Assembly: GCA_001831095.1 (NCBI GenBank)
Contig: MIDP01000027.1
Location: 1-20,856 of the forward strand
Reading direction: 5' to 3'
DNA length: 20,856 nucleotides
From: Verrucomicrobia bacterium GWF2_51_19
GTDB lineage: Bacteria > Verrucomicrobiota > Verrucomicrobiia > Opitutales > UBA12508
How positions within the stretch are numbered: the stretch's first letter is position 1; every line of letters begins with the position of its first letter. Below are positions 6,050 through 14,978 of the stretch, piece by piece. The position numbers and the translations under genes were made by a program. Under the pieces are notes generated by a model, which did not search any database, was not told the origin of the DNA, and saw only the letters and a list, made by a program, of their open reading frames with translations.

Positions 6050-7248
6050 GGGTCGATGATAATAAGAAAATCACACTTTCGGATAATATCAGTGGACAAT
6101 TGACAACGGAACAACAGTCGAAAGCATGGGCGTTTAAAGTGATTGGTGTGGGGGGCGCCGGTTGTAACACGCTGCGCTTTTTTGAGAAAAACCAGATTGG
6201 GGCCCTCGCGCTCACAGCCATCGATACCGATGCGCAGACACTGGAGTCTATTTCATTTGAAAAATTGCAGATCGGTCATGCACTCACACGCGGACTCAGC
6301 ACGGGCAACGATTTCGAGCTTGGACGAAAGGCCGCCGATGCCGACCGCAAACGCATAAAGGCCCTCTGCAAAGGTCAAGATATCATCTTTATCGTCGCAG
6401 GCCTCGGTGGCGGATTGGGAAGCTCCGCAGCATCGATCGTAGCCGAATGCGCAGTGGAACAGGGCAGCACCGTCATTGCCTTTGTCAACATGCCGTTTTC
6501 TTTCGAGGGAGGCACGCGCTACAAACAGGCCGAAAAGGGACTCATAGACCTCCGCGCCCACTGTGAGGCCGTTATTCCGCTCCCCAACGACATTTTGCTG
6601 CAGTCGCTAGATAACGCAACGACCGTCCTCGACGCCTTTGCCCGCTCCAACACCTGGATGCATAAGGGCATCTGCAGCCTCGTCAACATGCTCGTACGGC
6701 CAGGCATGATCCACGTTGACCTCGCCACCCTTCAGAAAATTTTCATCTACCGCGGCGGCAAGACACTCTTTGGTCTAGCATCGGGCGAAGGCAACAACGC
6801 CCTCAAAGACGCCATTAAGAGCTTTTCGAAGTGTCCCCTACTCTCCACGCCCGAACACGCACGTAAGGCCGATGCGCTCGTTGTCAGCATAACCAGCGAC
6901 AACAGCCTCACCCTCGACTCCGTTAAAGAAATCCTCACTGCCATCTCCGACCTCTTTGGCGGTAAGGAAAACGTCGTCCTCGGCACCACCCTCGATCCCT
7001 CATTCGAGAAAAAGATCGAAATTGTCGTTCTCGGCACCACTCTCTTCCAGGCCTACCAGCAGAACGTCATTCGCCTCCAGCCACAAGAATCAAAGGCCCA
7101 AACGGACCTGCCTCTATTTTCGGAAAACGCCACCCTGCTCCCAACCGAAGACCGAGGCGTCTTTGAAGCCACCTCTCAGGCCCTCTTCAACGGTGAAGAC
7201 CTCGATGTCCCCTCTTATATACGCAAGGGCATCAAGTTACACGTGTAA
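6043..7248 (+). CDS. ftsZ: Cell-division protein FtsZ (divergent nucleotide-pocket motifs)
   Basis: FKVIGVGGAGCNTL, IDTDAQTL, AGLGGGLGSSAASIVA, MPFSFEGGTRYKQAEKGL, PLPNDILL, and the C-terminal anchor peptide DLDVPSYIRKG. The track ORF start (ATG 5863) lies inside the tRNA and the repeat, so it is rejected. Candidate starts are GTG 6043, TTG 6046 or TTG 6100. TTG 6100 leaves the usual ~12 residues before the VIGVGG strand. Confidence 0.85.
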   Translation: MLGVDDNKKITLSDNISGQLTTEQQSKAWAFKVIGVGGAGCNTLRFFEKNQIGALALTAIDTDAQTLESISFEKLQIGHALTRGLSTGNDFELGRKAADADRKRIKALCKGQDIIFIVAGLGGGLGSSAASIVAECAVEQGSTVIAFVNMPFSFEGGTRYKQAEKGLIDLRAHCEAVIPLPNDILLQSLDNATTVLDAFARSNTWMHKGICSLVNMLVRPGMIHVDLATLQKIFIYRGGKTLFGLASGEGNNALKDAIKSFSKCPLLSTPEHARKADALVVSITSDNSLTLDSVKEILTAISDLFGGKENVVLGTTLDPSFEKKIEIVVLGTTLFQAYQQNVIRLQPQESKAQTDLPLFSENATLLPTEDRGVFEATSQALFNGEDLDVPSYIRKGIKLHV

Positions 7249-7322
7249 GATCGATGGTCTTGAAGAGATCAAGCGACAAAGTGTAAAAAGTTATCCTTTT
7301 GTTGAATCTAATTTAAGATATT

Positions 7323-7447
7323 AGGCCGATGCAAAATAGATGCAAAAATGTGGCTTTGCGCGAGCATGAATGCCGTAGCGTACATAGAGGTACGTGAGGC
7401 AGTCAGCGGAGCGCGAAACGCATTTTGGCGCTATTTTGCATCGGCCT
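7323..7447 (-). repeat. Family-1 long palindromic element, full copy, inverted orientation
   Basis: 16-bp terminal inverted repeat AGGCCGATGCAAAATA / TATTTTGCATCGGCCT. Reverse complement reads ...CCAAAATGCGTTTCGCGCTCCGCTGACTGCCTCACGTACC..GTACGCTACGGCA.. Central CGTAC-atagag-GTACG at 7379-7394. Confidence 0.85.
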
Positions 7448-7503
7448 TGTTAAGGCAGCAACTTTTGCCAATGTTGGAGCCTGAAGACTCACCTTGTGTC
7501 AAA

Positions 7504-7546
7504 CTGTGACGGGCGAAATGTCTCAGTTGTCACAGGTTTGTCACAG
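7504..7546. promoter_or_regulatory. Dyad/direct repeats of GTCACAG upstream of dnaK (candidate operator or enhancer site)
   Basis: CTGTGAC (7504-7510) forms a dyad with TTGTCACAG (7527-7535), which is repeated directly at 7538-7546. The repeats lie ~100-140 nt upstream of the sigma-54-like element. Confidence 0.35.
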
Positions 7547-7642
7547 AAAGCGGGCGGAAGTCCGGGAAGAGGTCTCTCGATCGGATTTTGTAAACTGTTG
7601 ATGGAGAACGACTTGTGATATTTGGCATGCGATGTTGGCATT

Positions 7643-7658
7643 TGGCACAGTTCTTGCA
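7643..7658 (+). promoter_or_regulatory. Sigma-54 (-24/-12) promoter-like element
   Basis: TGGCACagttcTTGCA matches TGGCAC-N5-TTGCA exactly with canonical GG/GC spacing. It is preceded by two further TTGGCAT motifs (7622-7640). Caveat: the predicted start (~7669) falls only ~4 nt before the dnaK ATG and inside its AGAGG SD. Confidence 0.45.
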
Positions 7659-7672
7659 AAAGAAAGAGGCGT

Positions 7673-9589
7673 ATGAGCAAGAAAAAAGTTATCGGTATTG
7701 ACCTAGGAACGACAAATTCCTGCATGGCCATTTTGGAAGGCGGCAAGCCTGTCGTCATTCCCAACGCAGAGGGCGCCCGCACGACACCCTCTATCGTCGC
7801 CTTTACCAAAACGGGCGAAAGGCTCGTGGGTCAGGCAGCCAAGCGGCAAGCCATCACCAATCCTCACAACACGATCTTTTCTGCAAAACGACTGATCGGT
7901 CGTAAATTTGCCGAAGTTCAAAATACGGTCAAAAAACTGCCGTACAGCGTCGTCGAAGGCAAAAACGGTGATGCTTGGATCGAGTGCACCGTCGCCGGCA
8001 AAAAAGAAAAGTTTGCGCCCGAACAGATCTCTTCTATGGTCCTAGCTAAATTGAAGGCCGACGCGGAAGCCTACCTCGGTGAAGCCGTTACACAGGCCGT
8101 CATCACGGTTCCGGCTTACTTTAACGACGCCCAACGCCAGGCAACTAAGGACGCTGGCACGATCGCCGGCCTCGAGGTTTTACGCATCATCAACGAGCCC
8201 ACAGCCGCGTCTCTCGCCTACGGTCTCGACAAGAAAAAAGACGAAAAGATCGCCGTGTACGACCTCGGCGGCGGCACCTACGACATCTCCATTCTCGAGA
8301 TCGGTGACGGCGTCTTCGAAGTGAAGGCCACCAACGGCGACACCCAACTCGGCGGTGACGATTTCGATGAGGCCATCATTCATTGGCTCGCGGAAACCTT
8401 TCAAAAGGAAAACGGCATCGACCTCCGCAAAGACGCCATGGCCCACCAAAGGCTTAAGGAAGAGGCAGAAAAGGCAAAAATCGCCCTCTCATCGGCTCAA
8501 CAGGTCGACATCAACCTTCCCTTTATCACAGCGGACGCCAGCGGCCCAAAACACCTCAACGTCGTCCTCACGCGCGCCAAGATGGAACAGATCTGCGACA
8601 GCTTTTTCGAGCGCACCGTTGCTCCATTCAAGGCCTGCTTAAAGGATTCCGGGCTGAACGTTAAAGAACTCGATGAATTGGTGCTTGTTGGCGGAATGAC
8701 ACGTATGCCAAAGGTCGTTGAAACGGCCCACAAACTCGTTGGGAAGACCCCCCACCAAGGCGTCAACCCAGATGAAGTCGTCGCCGTCGGTGCCTCCATT
8801 CAGGGCGGCGTCCTCCAGGGCGATGTCAGCGACATTCTCCTCCTCGACGTCACCCCACTCACCCTCGGCATCGAGACTGCTGGCGGCGTCTCGACTCCCA
8901 TGATCGAGCGCAACACCACCATCCCAACCAAGAAAACACAGGTTTTCAGCACCTATGCCGATAACCAAACTGCTGTCGACGTCAAAGTCCTCCAGGGAGA
9001 ACGCCCCATGGCCAGTCAAAACAAGATGCTCGGCACCTTCCGACTCGACGGCATTCCTATGGCCCCACGCGGCATTCCCCAAATCGAGGTTACCTTTGAT
9101 ATCGACGCAAACGGCATCCTCCACGTCACCGCTAAGGACGTAGGTACCGGCAAAGATCAGAAAATCACCATCAGCGGCGCATCCGGCCTCTCCGAAAGCG
9201 AAATTGAACGCCTCAAAAAAGAAGCCGAAGCCAACGCTGAGTCCGACAAGAAAATTAAGGAAGGCGTCGAGGCTCGCAATGCCCTCGATTCTATGGTCTA
9301 TCAGTGTGAAAAACAACTCAAGGAACTCGGCGATAAGGCCTCCGAAGAGAAGAAAAAGGACGTCACTAACGCCATCGACATCGCTAAGGATACCCTCAAA
9401 AATACCAACTCAACCGCCTCTGAGCTGACTTCCTCTAACGAGAAATTGACCCTCGCATTCCAGGCCCTCGCCCAGGAAATCTACGCAAAGGCCGCTTCCT
9501 CCCCTCAACAAGAACAACCCTCTTCCCAACCCAAAGATAACAACGTCGTCGACGCTGACTTTGAGGTAGTCGATGAGGAAAAGAAGTAA
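7673..9589 (+). CDS. dnaK: Molecular chaperone DnaK (Hsp70)
   Basis: [47 protein letters not shown], acidic C-terminus. ATG 7673 is preceded by AGAGG. The TTG 7622 extension in the track is rejected. Confidence 0.98.
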   Translation: MSKKKVIGIDLGTTNSCMAILEGGKPVVIPNAEGARTTPSIVAFTKTGERLVGQAAKRQAITNPHNTIFSAKRLIGRKFAEVQNTVKKLPYSVVEGKNGDAWIECTVAGKKEKFAPEQISSMVLAKLKADAEAYLGEAVTQAVITVPAYFNDAQRQATKDAGTIAGLEVLRIINEPTAASLAYGLDKKKDEKIAVYDLGGGTYDISILEIGDGVFEVKATNGDTQLGGDDFDEAIIHWLAETFQKENGIDLRKDAMAHQRLKEEAEKAKIALSSAQQVDINLPFITADASGPKHLNVVLTRAKMEQICDSFFERTVAPFKACLKDSGLNVKELDELVLVGGMTRMPKVVETAHKLVGKTPHQGVNPDEVVAVGASIQGGVLQGDVSDILLLDVTPLTLGIETAGGVSTPMIERNTTIPTKKTQVFSTYADNQTAVDVKVLQGERPMASQNKMLGTFRLDGIPMAPRGIPQIEVTFDIDANGILHVTAKDVGTGKDQKITISGASGLSESEIERLKKEAEANAESDKKIKEGVEARNALDSMVYQCEKQLKELGDKASEEKKKDVTNAIDIAKDTLKNTNSTASELTSSNEKLTLAFQALAQEIYAKAASSPQQEQPSSQPKDNNVVDADFEVVDEEKK

Positions 9590-9595
9590 TTTGGA

Positions 9596-9622
9596 AGAAC
9601 CTTTTATAGAATAAAAGGTTCT
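9596..9622 (+). terminator. AT-rich hairpin just after the dnaK stop (weak terminator candidate)
   Basis: AGAACCTTTT-atagaat-AAAAGGTTCT. No U-tract follows. Confidence 0.3.
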
Positions 9623-9649
9623 CCCAAACCCTCTCCCAAACACTTTTTT

Positions 9650-9686
9650 GCGAAACACAAAAAGGCCTCGCCTTTTTGTGTTTCGC
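9650..9686 (+). terminator. 17-bp perfect-stem hairpin downstream of dnaK (terminator candidate)
   Basis: GCGAAACACAAAAAGGC-ctc-GCCTTTTTGTGTTTCGC. A T-run lies upstream (cacTTTTTT) and another ~10 nt downstream (aaagTTTTTT). Confidence 0.5.
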
Positions 9687-9752
9687 ATGAGAAAGTTTTT
9701 TGGAAGGGGCTTTTTGAAACTTTCCCTAAACAACTATAACATAACCAACGAC

Positions 9753-9874
9753 AAAGACCTGGGCAAAATGGGCCTATAGCCAGGCCCGAGGAGCGAGGGC
9801 GACAGGAGCCTACTTGAGGTAGGTGACTTAGCCCGAACGACGAGAACGCCGCTAGAGGACATTTTGCACGGGTC
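9753..9874 (-). repeat. Family-1 long palindromic element, divergent full copy, ends 11 nt before the groES ATG
   Basis: Termini AAAGACCTGGGCAAAATG (left) and CATTTTGCACGGGTC (right), 13/15 complementary. The left end equals the left end of the 10174-10303 copy (AAAGACCTatGCAAAATG). Central CCTAC-ttgag-GTAGG at 9809-9823, exactly midway. Confidence 0.75.
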
Positions 9875-9884
9875 TAACATTACT

Positions 9885-10175
9885 ATGAGCAATATAAAAC
9901 CAATAGGAGAGCGCGTCCTCGTGAAATTGTTAAACGAGGCCGAGCAAGTGAAGGGTGGAATCATCATTCCAGATTCCGCCAAAGAAAAACCAAACAAGGC
10001 TACTGTCGTGGCCTTAGGATCCGGTCGTCGCGACGAAAACGGCAAACACATTCCGTTTGAAGTCAAGGTGGGCGATCAGGTCTTGATCAGCAAGTACGGA
10101 GGAACTGAAGTCAAAATCGACAACGAGACGTTCATGTTGCTCCGGGAGGATGACATTCTAGGTACTATCGCATAA
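9885..10175 (+). CDS. groES: Co-chaperonin GroES
   Basis: [36 protein letters not shown]..., 96 aa from ATG 9885. The TTG 9864 in the track lies inside the repeat terminus. Confidence 0.97.
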   Translation: MSNIKPIGERVLVKLLNEAEQVKGGIIIPDSAKEKPNKATVVALGSGRRDENGKHIPFEVKVGDQVLISKYGGTEVKIDNETFMLLREDDILGTIA

Positions 10176-10303
10176 AAGACCTATGCAAAATGCCGTGAAA
10201 GCTCGTTTCGCGCTCCGCTGACTGCCTCACGTACCACTCGTACGCTACGGCAGCTCGTGCTCGCGCAAATCCAAGCTTTGACAGCATTTATCATAGGTCT
10301 TTT
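10174..10303 (+). repeat. Family-1 long palindromic element, full copy, between groES and groEL
   Basis: 12-bp terminal inverted repeat AAAAGACCTATG (starts inside the groES TAA) / CATAGGTCTTTT (10292-10303). Arm CGTTTCGCGCTCCGCTGACTGCCTCA. Central CGTAC-cactc-GTACG at 10230-10244. Confidence 0.88.
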
Positions 10304-10341
10304 CAAAAAATTCAAGAAACTATAACTGTAACTTAAAATAG

Positions 10342-12018
<1,677 letters not shown>

Positions 12019-12027
12019 AAAAAACGC

Positions 12028-12051
12028 AAGGGGGACTCAAACATCCCCCTT
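12028..12051 (+). terminator. Hairpin after groEL (terminator candidate)
   Basis: AAGGGGGA-ctcaaaca-TCCCCCTT, 10 nt after the stop. An A-run precedes it, but no U-run follows on the + strand. Confidence 0.4.
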
Positions 12052-12088
12052 ACCCCATCAGCATGACCAACAGGCCATGCACCCATTA

Positions 12089-12123
12089 CATTTGCGTTCG
12101 TCCTAACATGATGAACGCAAATG
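12089..12123 (+). terminator. Second hairpin in the groEL-malQ spacer
   Basis: CATTTGCGTTC-13 nt loop-GAACGCAAATG (11-bp perfect stem) followed by GTTT. Confidence 0.35.
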
Positions 12124-12144
12124 GTTTAAGGCAACAAGCGCACA

Positions 12145-13653
12145 ATGACTTCTATGAGACTATTTAACACGGAATTAGACCGCAAGGCTGGCATGTTATT
12201 GCCGATATCGAGTTTGCCATCGGGGCAAGGAATCGGCTGCTTTGACGAGCACGCGCGGCGTTTTATAGACGTTTTGAAGGAGGCGCGATTGGCCTATTGG
12301 CAGCTGTGTCCCTTGGGGCCGACGGGCTATGGAGACTCGCCGTATCAGTGTTTTTCAGCCTTTGCGGGCAACCCGTACTTCATCGACCTGGGTGAGTTTT
12401 TACAAACAGGGCTGTTGACAGAAGAAGAGGTGATGCCTCTGCGTGGCTTGCCTGAAAACGCAGTTGATTACGGCCATCTCTACCAACACTTTTGGGGCAT
12501 TTTGCGAATAGCGCACCGGCGGTTTTCAGAGACCGGAGACAAGGCATTTGAGAATTTCCAAAAAGTCGAAAAGAAGTGGCTGCTGCCCTACGCGACGTAC
12601 CGCGCGCTCAAGGGTCATTTTGAAGAAAAATGCTGGATTGAGTGGCCGCAAGAGTTTCGGAGCTTTCAAAAGGCGAGCGCTTCCAGCCTCTGTCGAGAAC
12701 TGAAGGAAGATATTGATTTCCACCAGTTTACGCAATTTTTCTTTTTCAAGCAATGGAAGGCGCTGAAGGCTTACGCGAAGGAGCATGGCATTGCGATCAT
12801 TGGCGACATCCCAATTTTTGCTGGCCTCGACAGCGCTGATGTTTGGACGCATTCTGAGCTTTTCCAAATTAAGAAAGACCTCCCAACACACGTTGCGGGC
12901 GTCCCACCCGATTATTTTTCGCCGGAAGGCCAACTGTGGGGCAACCCTCTCTTTAACTGGAAGGCGCTCGAGAACAGCCACTTCGACTGGTGGATTGAGC
13001 GTATCGAGCACAACTTCCGCATGTTCGACGTCGTCCGCCTCGACCACTTCCGCGGCTTTTACGACTATTGGAAAGTCCCGTACGGCGCTCCAAATGCGAT
13101 CAAGGGTGAATGGGAAAAGGGGCCCGGTCTGGCCTTTTTCCAGGCGATTCACAACAAGATTCCATCAGCGCGTTTGATCGCCGAGGACCTCGGTTACCTT
13201 TCGAAAGAGGTGGTTGAGCTACGCAAGGCCGTCGGACTGCCTGGAATGGCCATTTTGCAGTTCGCGTTTGGCGGAGATTCAGAAAACATCTACCTTCCTC
13301 ACAACCTCGACCCGCACACGGTCATTTATTCAGGATCGCACGACAACGACACGTCTATAGGCTGGTATGCTGGCTCTAACGAGTCTACACGCGATCACCT
13401 GCGACGTTATTTGCGCATCAACGGCAGTGAAGTCGCCTGGGACCTCATTCGATCGGCCTATGCGTCGGTTGCCAACTGGTGCATTTTCCCAATGCAGGAC
13501 TTTCTCAGCCTCCCGAGCTGGGCTCGCATCAATACGCCAGGAAAGGCACAAGGAAACTGGGCCTGGCGCATGACGCCTCACGACCTCGACCTCTTCCGCT
13601 ACAAAAATACTGAATACCTACAAATGTTGGCCGACTTATACGGTAGGAGGTAA
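12145..13653 (+). CDS. malQ: 4-alpha-glucanotransferase (amylomaltase, GH77)
   Basis: 502-aa ORF. YGDSPYQCFSAFAGNPYFID, VVRLDHFRGF, LIAEDLGYL, YSGSHDNDT. Start could be ATG 12145, 12154 or 12193. Confidence 0.93.
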   Translation: MTSMRLFNTELDRKAGMLLPISSLPSGQGIGCFDEHARRFIDVLKEARLAYWQLCPLGPTGYGDSPYQCFSAFAGNPYFIDLGEFLQTGLLTEEEVMPLRGLPENAVDYGHLYQHFWGILRIAHRRFSETGDKAFENFQKVEKKWLLPYATYRALKGHFEEKCWIEWPQEFRSFQKASASSLCRELKEDIDFHQFTQFFFFKQWKALKAYAKEHGIAIIGDIPIFAGLDSADVWTHSELFQIKKDLPTHVAGVPPDYFSPEGQLWGNPLFNWKALENSHFDWWIERIEHNFRMFDVVRLDHFRGFYDYWKVPYGAPNAIKGEWEKGPGLAFFQAIHNKIPSARLIAEDLGYLSKEVVELRKAVGLPGMAILQFAFGGDSENIYLPHNLDPHTVIYSGSHDNDTSIGWYAGSNESTRDHLRRYLRINGSEVAWDLIRSAYASVANWCIFPMQDFLSLPSWARINTPGKAQGNWAWRMTPHDLDLFRYKNTEYLQMLADLYGRR

Positions 13654-13654
13654 G

Positions 13655-14101
13655 ATGGAGTCTAGCGAACTAATCAAAGAGGCCTACAAAGAAGCGCAAA
13701 TTGGTCTGGCTGAAGGCGGCCTGCCCATTGGCTCCGTGCTTTTTAGAAACGAGAAAATCATTGCCCGGGGTCACAATCGTCGCGTCCAGGACGACGACCC
13801 TCTTGAACACGCCGAAATCAACTGTCTGCGCAATGCCGGCCGCATGAATTCCTATCAAGACTGCATCCTCGTCTCCACTCTTATGCCCTGCTACCTCTGC
13901 GCCGGGGCGATCGTCCAATTCAAGATCCCAGAGGTCATCGTCGGCGAAAGTGCGAATTTCGAAGGAGCCGAAGCCTTTCTTCGCGCCAACGGAGTCAAGC
14001 TAACCAATCTCAACGACTCTCTGTGCACAGAGCTCATGGCCACCTTTATTAAGGAGCAGCCATTACTATGGAACGAGGACATCGGGGTTCCGCCGGCTTA
14101 A
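13655..14101 (+). CDS. CMP/dCMP-type zinc deaminase, yeast Fcy1-like cytosine deaminase family
   Basis: 148 aa. Zinc motifs HAEINCL and PCYLCAGAI. End-to-end resemblance to the Fcy1 layout, including GGLPIGSVL, RGHNRR and C-terminal FIKEQPLLWNEDIG. AGGAGG SD. ATG lies 1 nt after the malQ stop. Confidence 0.8.
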   Translation: MESSELIKEAYKEAQIGLAEGGLPIGSVLFRNEKIIARGHNRRVQDDDPLEHAEINCLRNAGRMNSYQDCILVSTLMPCYLCAGAIVQFKIPEVIVGESANFEGAEAFLRANGVKLTNLNDSLCTELMATFIKEQPLLWNEDIGVPPA

Positions 14102-14215
14102 TGAAGGCAATAAGTTCGTTGGCCATCGGATTGGACTGTCCTCACGTACCGCACGTACGCTCCGGCAGCCCAACCTCGGCCGCCTGCTTCTTGCCTCCAT
14201 TGAGTCCGGCGGAAC
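14087..14215. repeat. Family-1 long palindromic element, divergent full copy, between convergent genes
   Basis: Termini GTTCCGCCGG (overlaps the last deaminase codons) / CCGGCGGAAC. Arms partly self-complementary (TTAATGAAGGCAATAAG.. vs ..CTTCTTGCCTCCATTGA). Shared core CCTCACGTACC-GCA-CGTACGCTCCGGCAG with central CGTAC-cgcac-GTACG at 14145-14159. Confidence 0.7.
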
Positions 14216-14270
14216 GGGTCTATTGGGAAACACATGAGGGCATTTCTCCTCTGTCTTACTTCGTTAACCT

Positions 14271-14978
14271 TCACTTCGCGTCAATCTGGAAAATGTAATC
14301 GCCGGTGAGGTTTTTCTCAAAATAAGGGTCGAGCTTGTGTTCGATGACGAAAGGCTCATCGGGGACGTTGTCGGCGTCGAGGTCCATGCTGTCGAGGGCA
14401 TCGATGTCGTCGAAAAAGTGGGTCATGCGTCGCGGTTCGTTGTCGAGAATTACGGAGACACTAGCAACGGCGCCGTTTTTGACTCGCTCAACGATGCAAG
14501 GCAGGTGTCGATGCGCGAAGGACTCTTCGTAGGCGTGCAACCACTGGGACGGCGTCTTTTCGTGTTTATTGAGAAGGAGAACGTCCGAAAAGTGCTCGAC
14601 GACCTCGTAATAGGGCTTGTCCTCGTCGCGAGCCAGCCGTTCACAATCGACGACGCTCAAAATGCGCGTCAATGGCAGAGCTAACTGCTTCCACTTTTGG
14701 GAAAAAGCCTCCAAAAACGTCAGTAAATTGACCTCCGCGGGCGCCATCAGAAAGAGGCTGTTAAAGTCATTGGCGTCGGTCAGTGGGTCGTCGACGTCGC
14801 GAACGGTCACAAAGGGCAACTCGCGAATTTTTTTATAAAAGGGATCTTCACTTTTTCCCATGCAGACGAGGACCTTATCACTCGCGTCAAACGCGCCGAT
14901 GAGGAGGTTGTACAATACCTTTTCGCGACCACTGGACGCCATGCCCAGGATCAAAAAACTTTCGGAGAGTTGGCTCAT
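14271..14978 (-). CDS. Hypothetical protein; CobW/G3E-like P-loop NTPase fold with degenerate Walker A
   Basis: 235-aa ORF. Its ATG overlaps the aminotransferase stop (ATGA). FLILGMASSGREKVLYNLL sits where G3E proteins have GFLGxGKTTLLN. LFLMAPAE, SVVDCERL and DVLLLNKHEK echo the CobW/YjiA switch and NKxD-like blocks. Assigned from memory of the family only. Confidence 0.55.
   Translation of the reverse strand: MSQLSESFLILGMASSGREKVLYNLLIGAFDASDKVLVCMGKSEDPFYKKIRELPFVTVRDVDDPLTDANDFNSLFLMAPAEVNLLTFLEAFSQKWKQLALPLTRILSVVDCERLARDEDKPYYEVVEHFSDVLLLNKHEKTPSQWLHAYEESFAHRHLPCIVERVKNGAVASVSVILDNEPRRMTHFFDDIDALDSMDLDADNVPDEPFVIEHKLDPYFEKNLTGDYIFQIDAK

Noticed and set aside
5911-6114. Small minus-strand ORFs 5911-6114 and 10181-10384 sharing a peptide (..CRSVR[MV]VREAV..), which could suggest a conserved micro-protein
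   Set aside because: The similarity is confined to the DNA repeat core. The ORF ends, lengths and starts differ between copies, and other copies do not keep the frame open. It is most simply an artefact of translating a repeat.
8639-9316. Long antisense ORFs inside dnaK (8639-9316), groEL (11083-11745) and malQ (12526-13152)
   Set aside because: They lie fully within strongly supported conserved genes on the opposite strand. Their sequences are low-complexity with no recognisable motifs. These are typical shadow ORFs.
9811-9839. Sigma-32-like promoter CTTGAGg-N13-CCCGAACG inside the element upstream of groES
   Set aside because: It is only a partial match to CTTGAA-N13/14-CCCCATNT and lies in the repeat core. 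There is no evidence that this organism uses RpoH.
9410-10066. Minus-strand ORFs 9410-9733 and 9734-10066 in the dnaK-groES region
   Set aside because: They overlap the dnaK 3' end, the hairpins, the palindromic element and groES in antisense. They have no motifs and no RBS.
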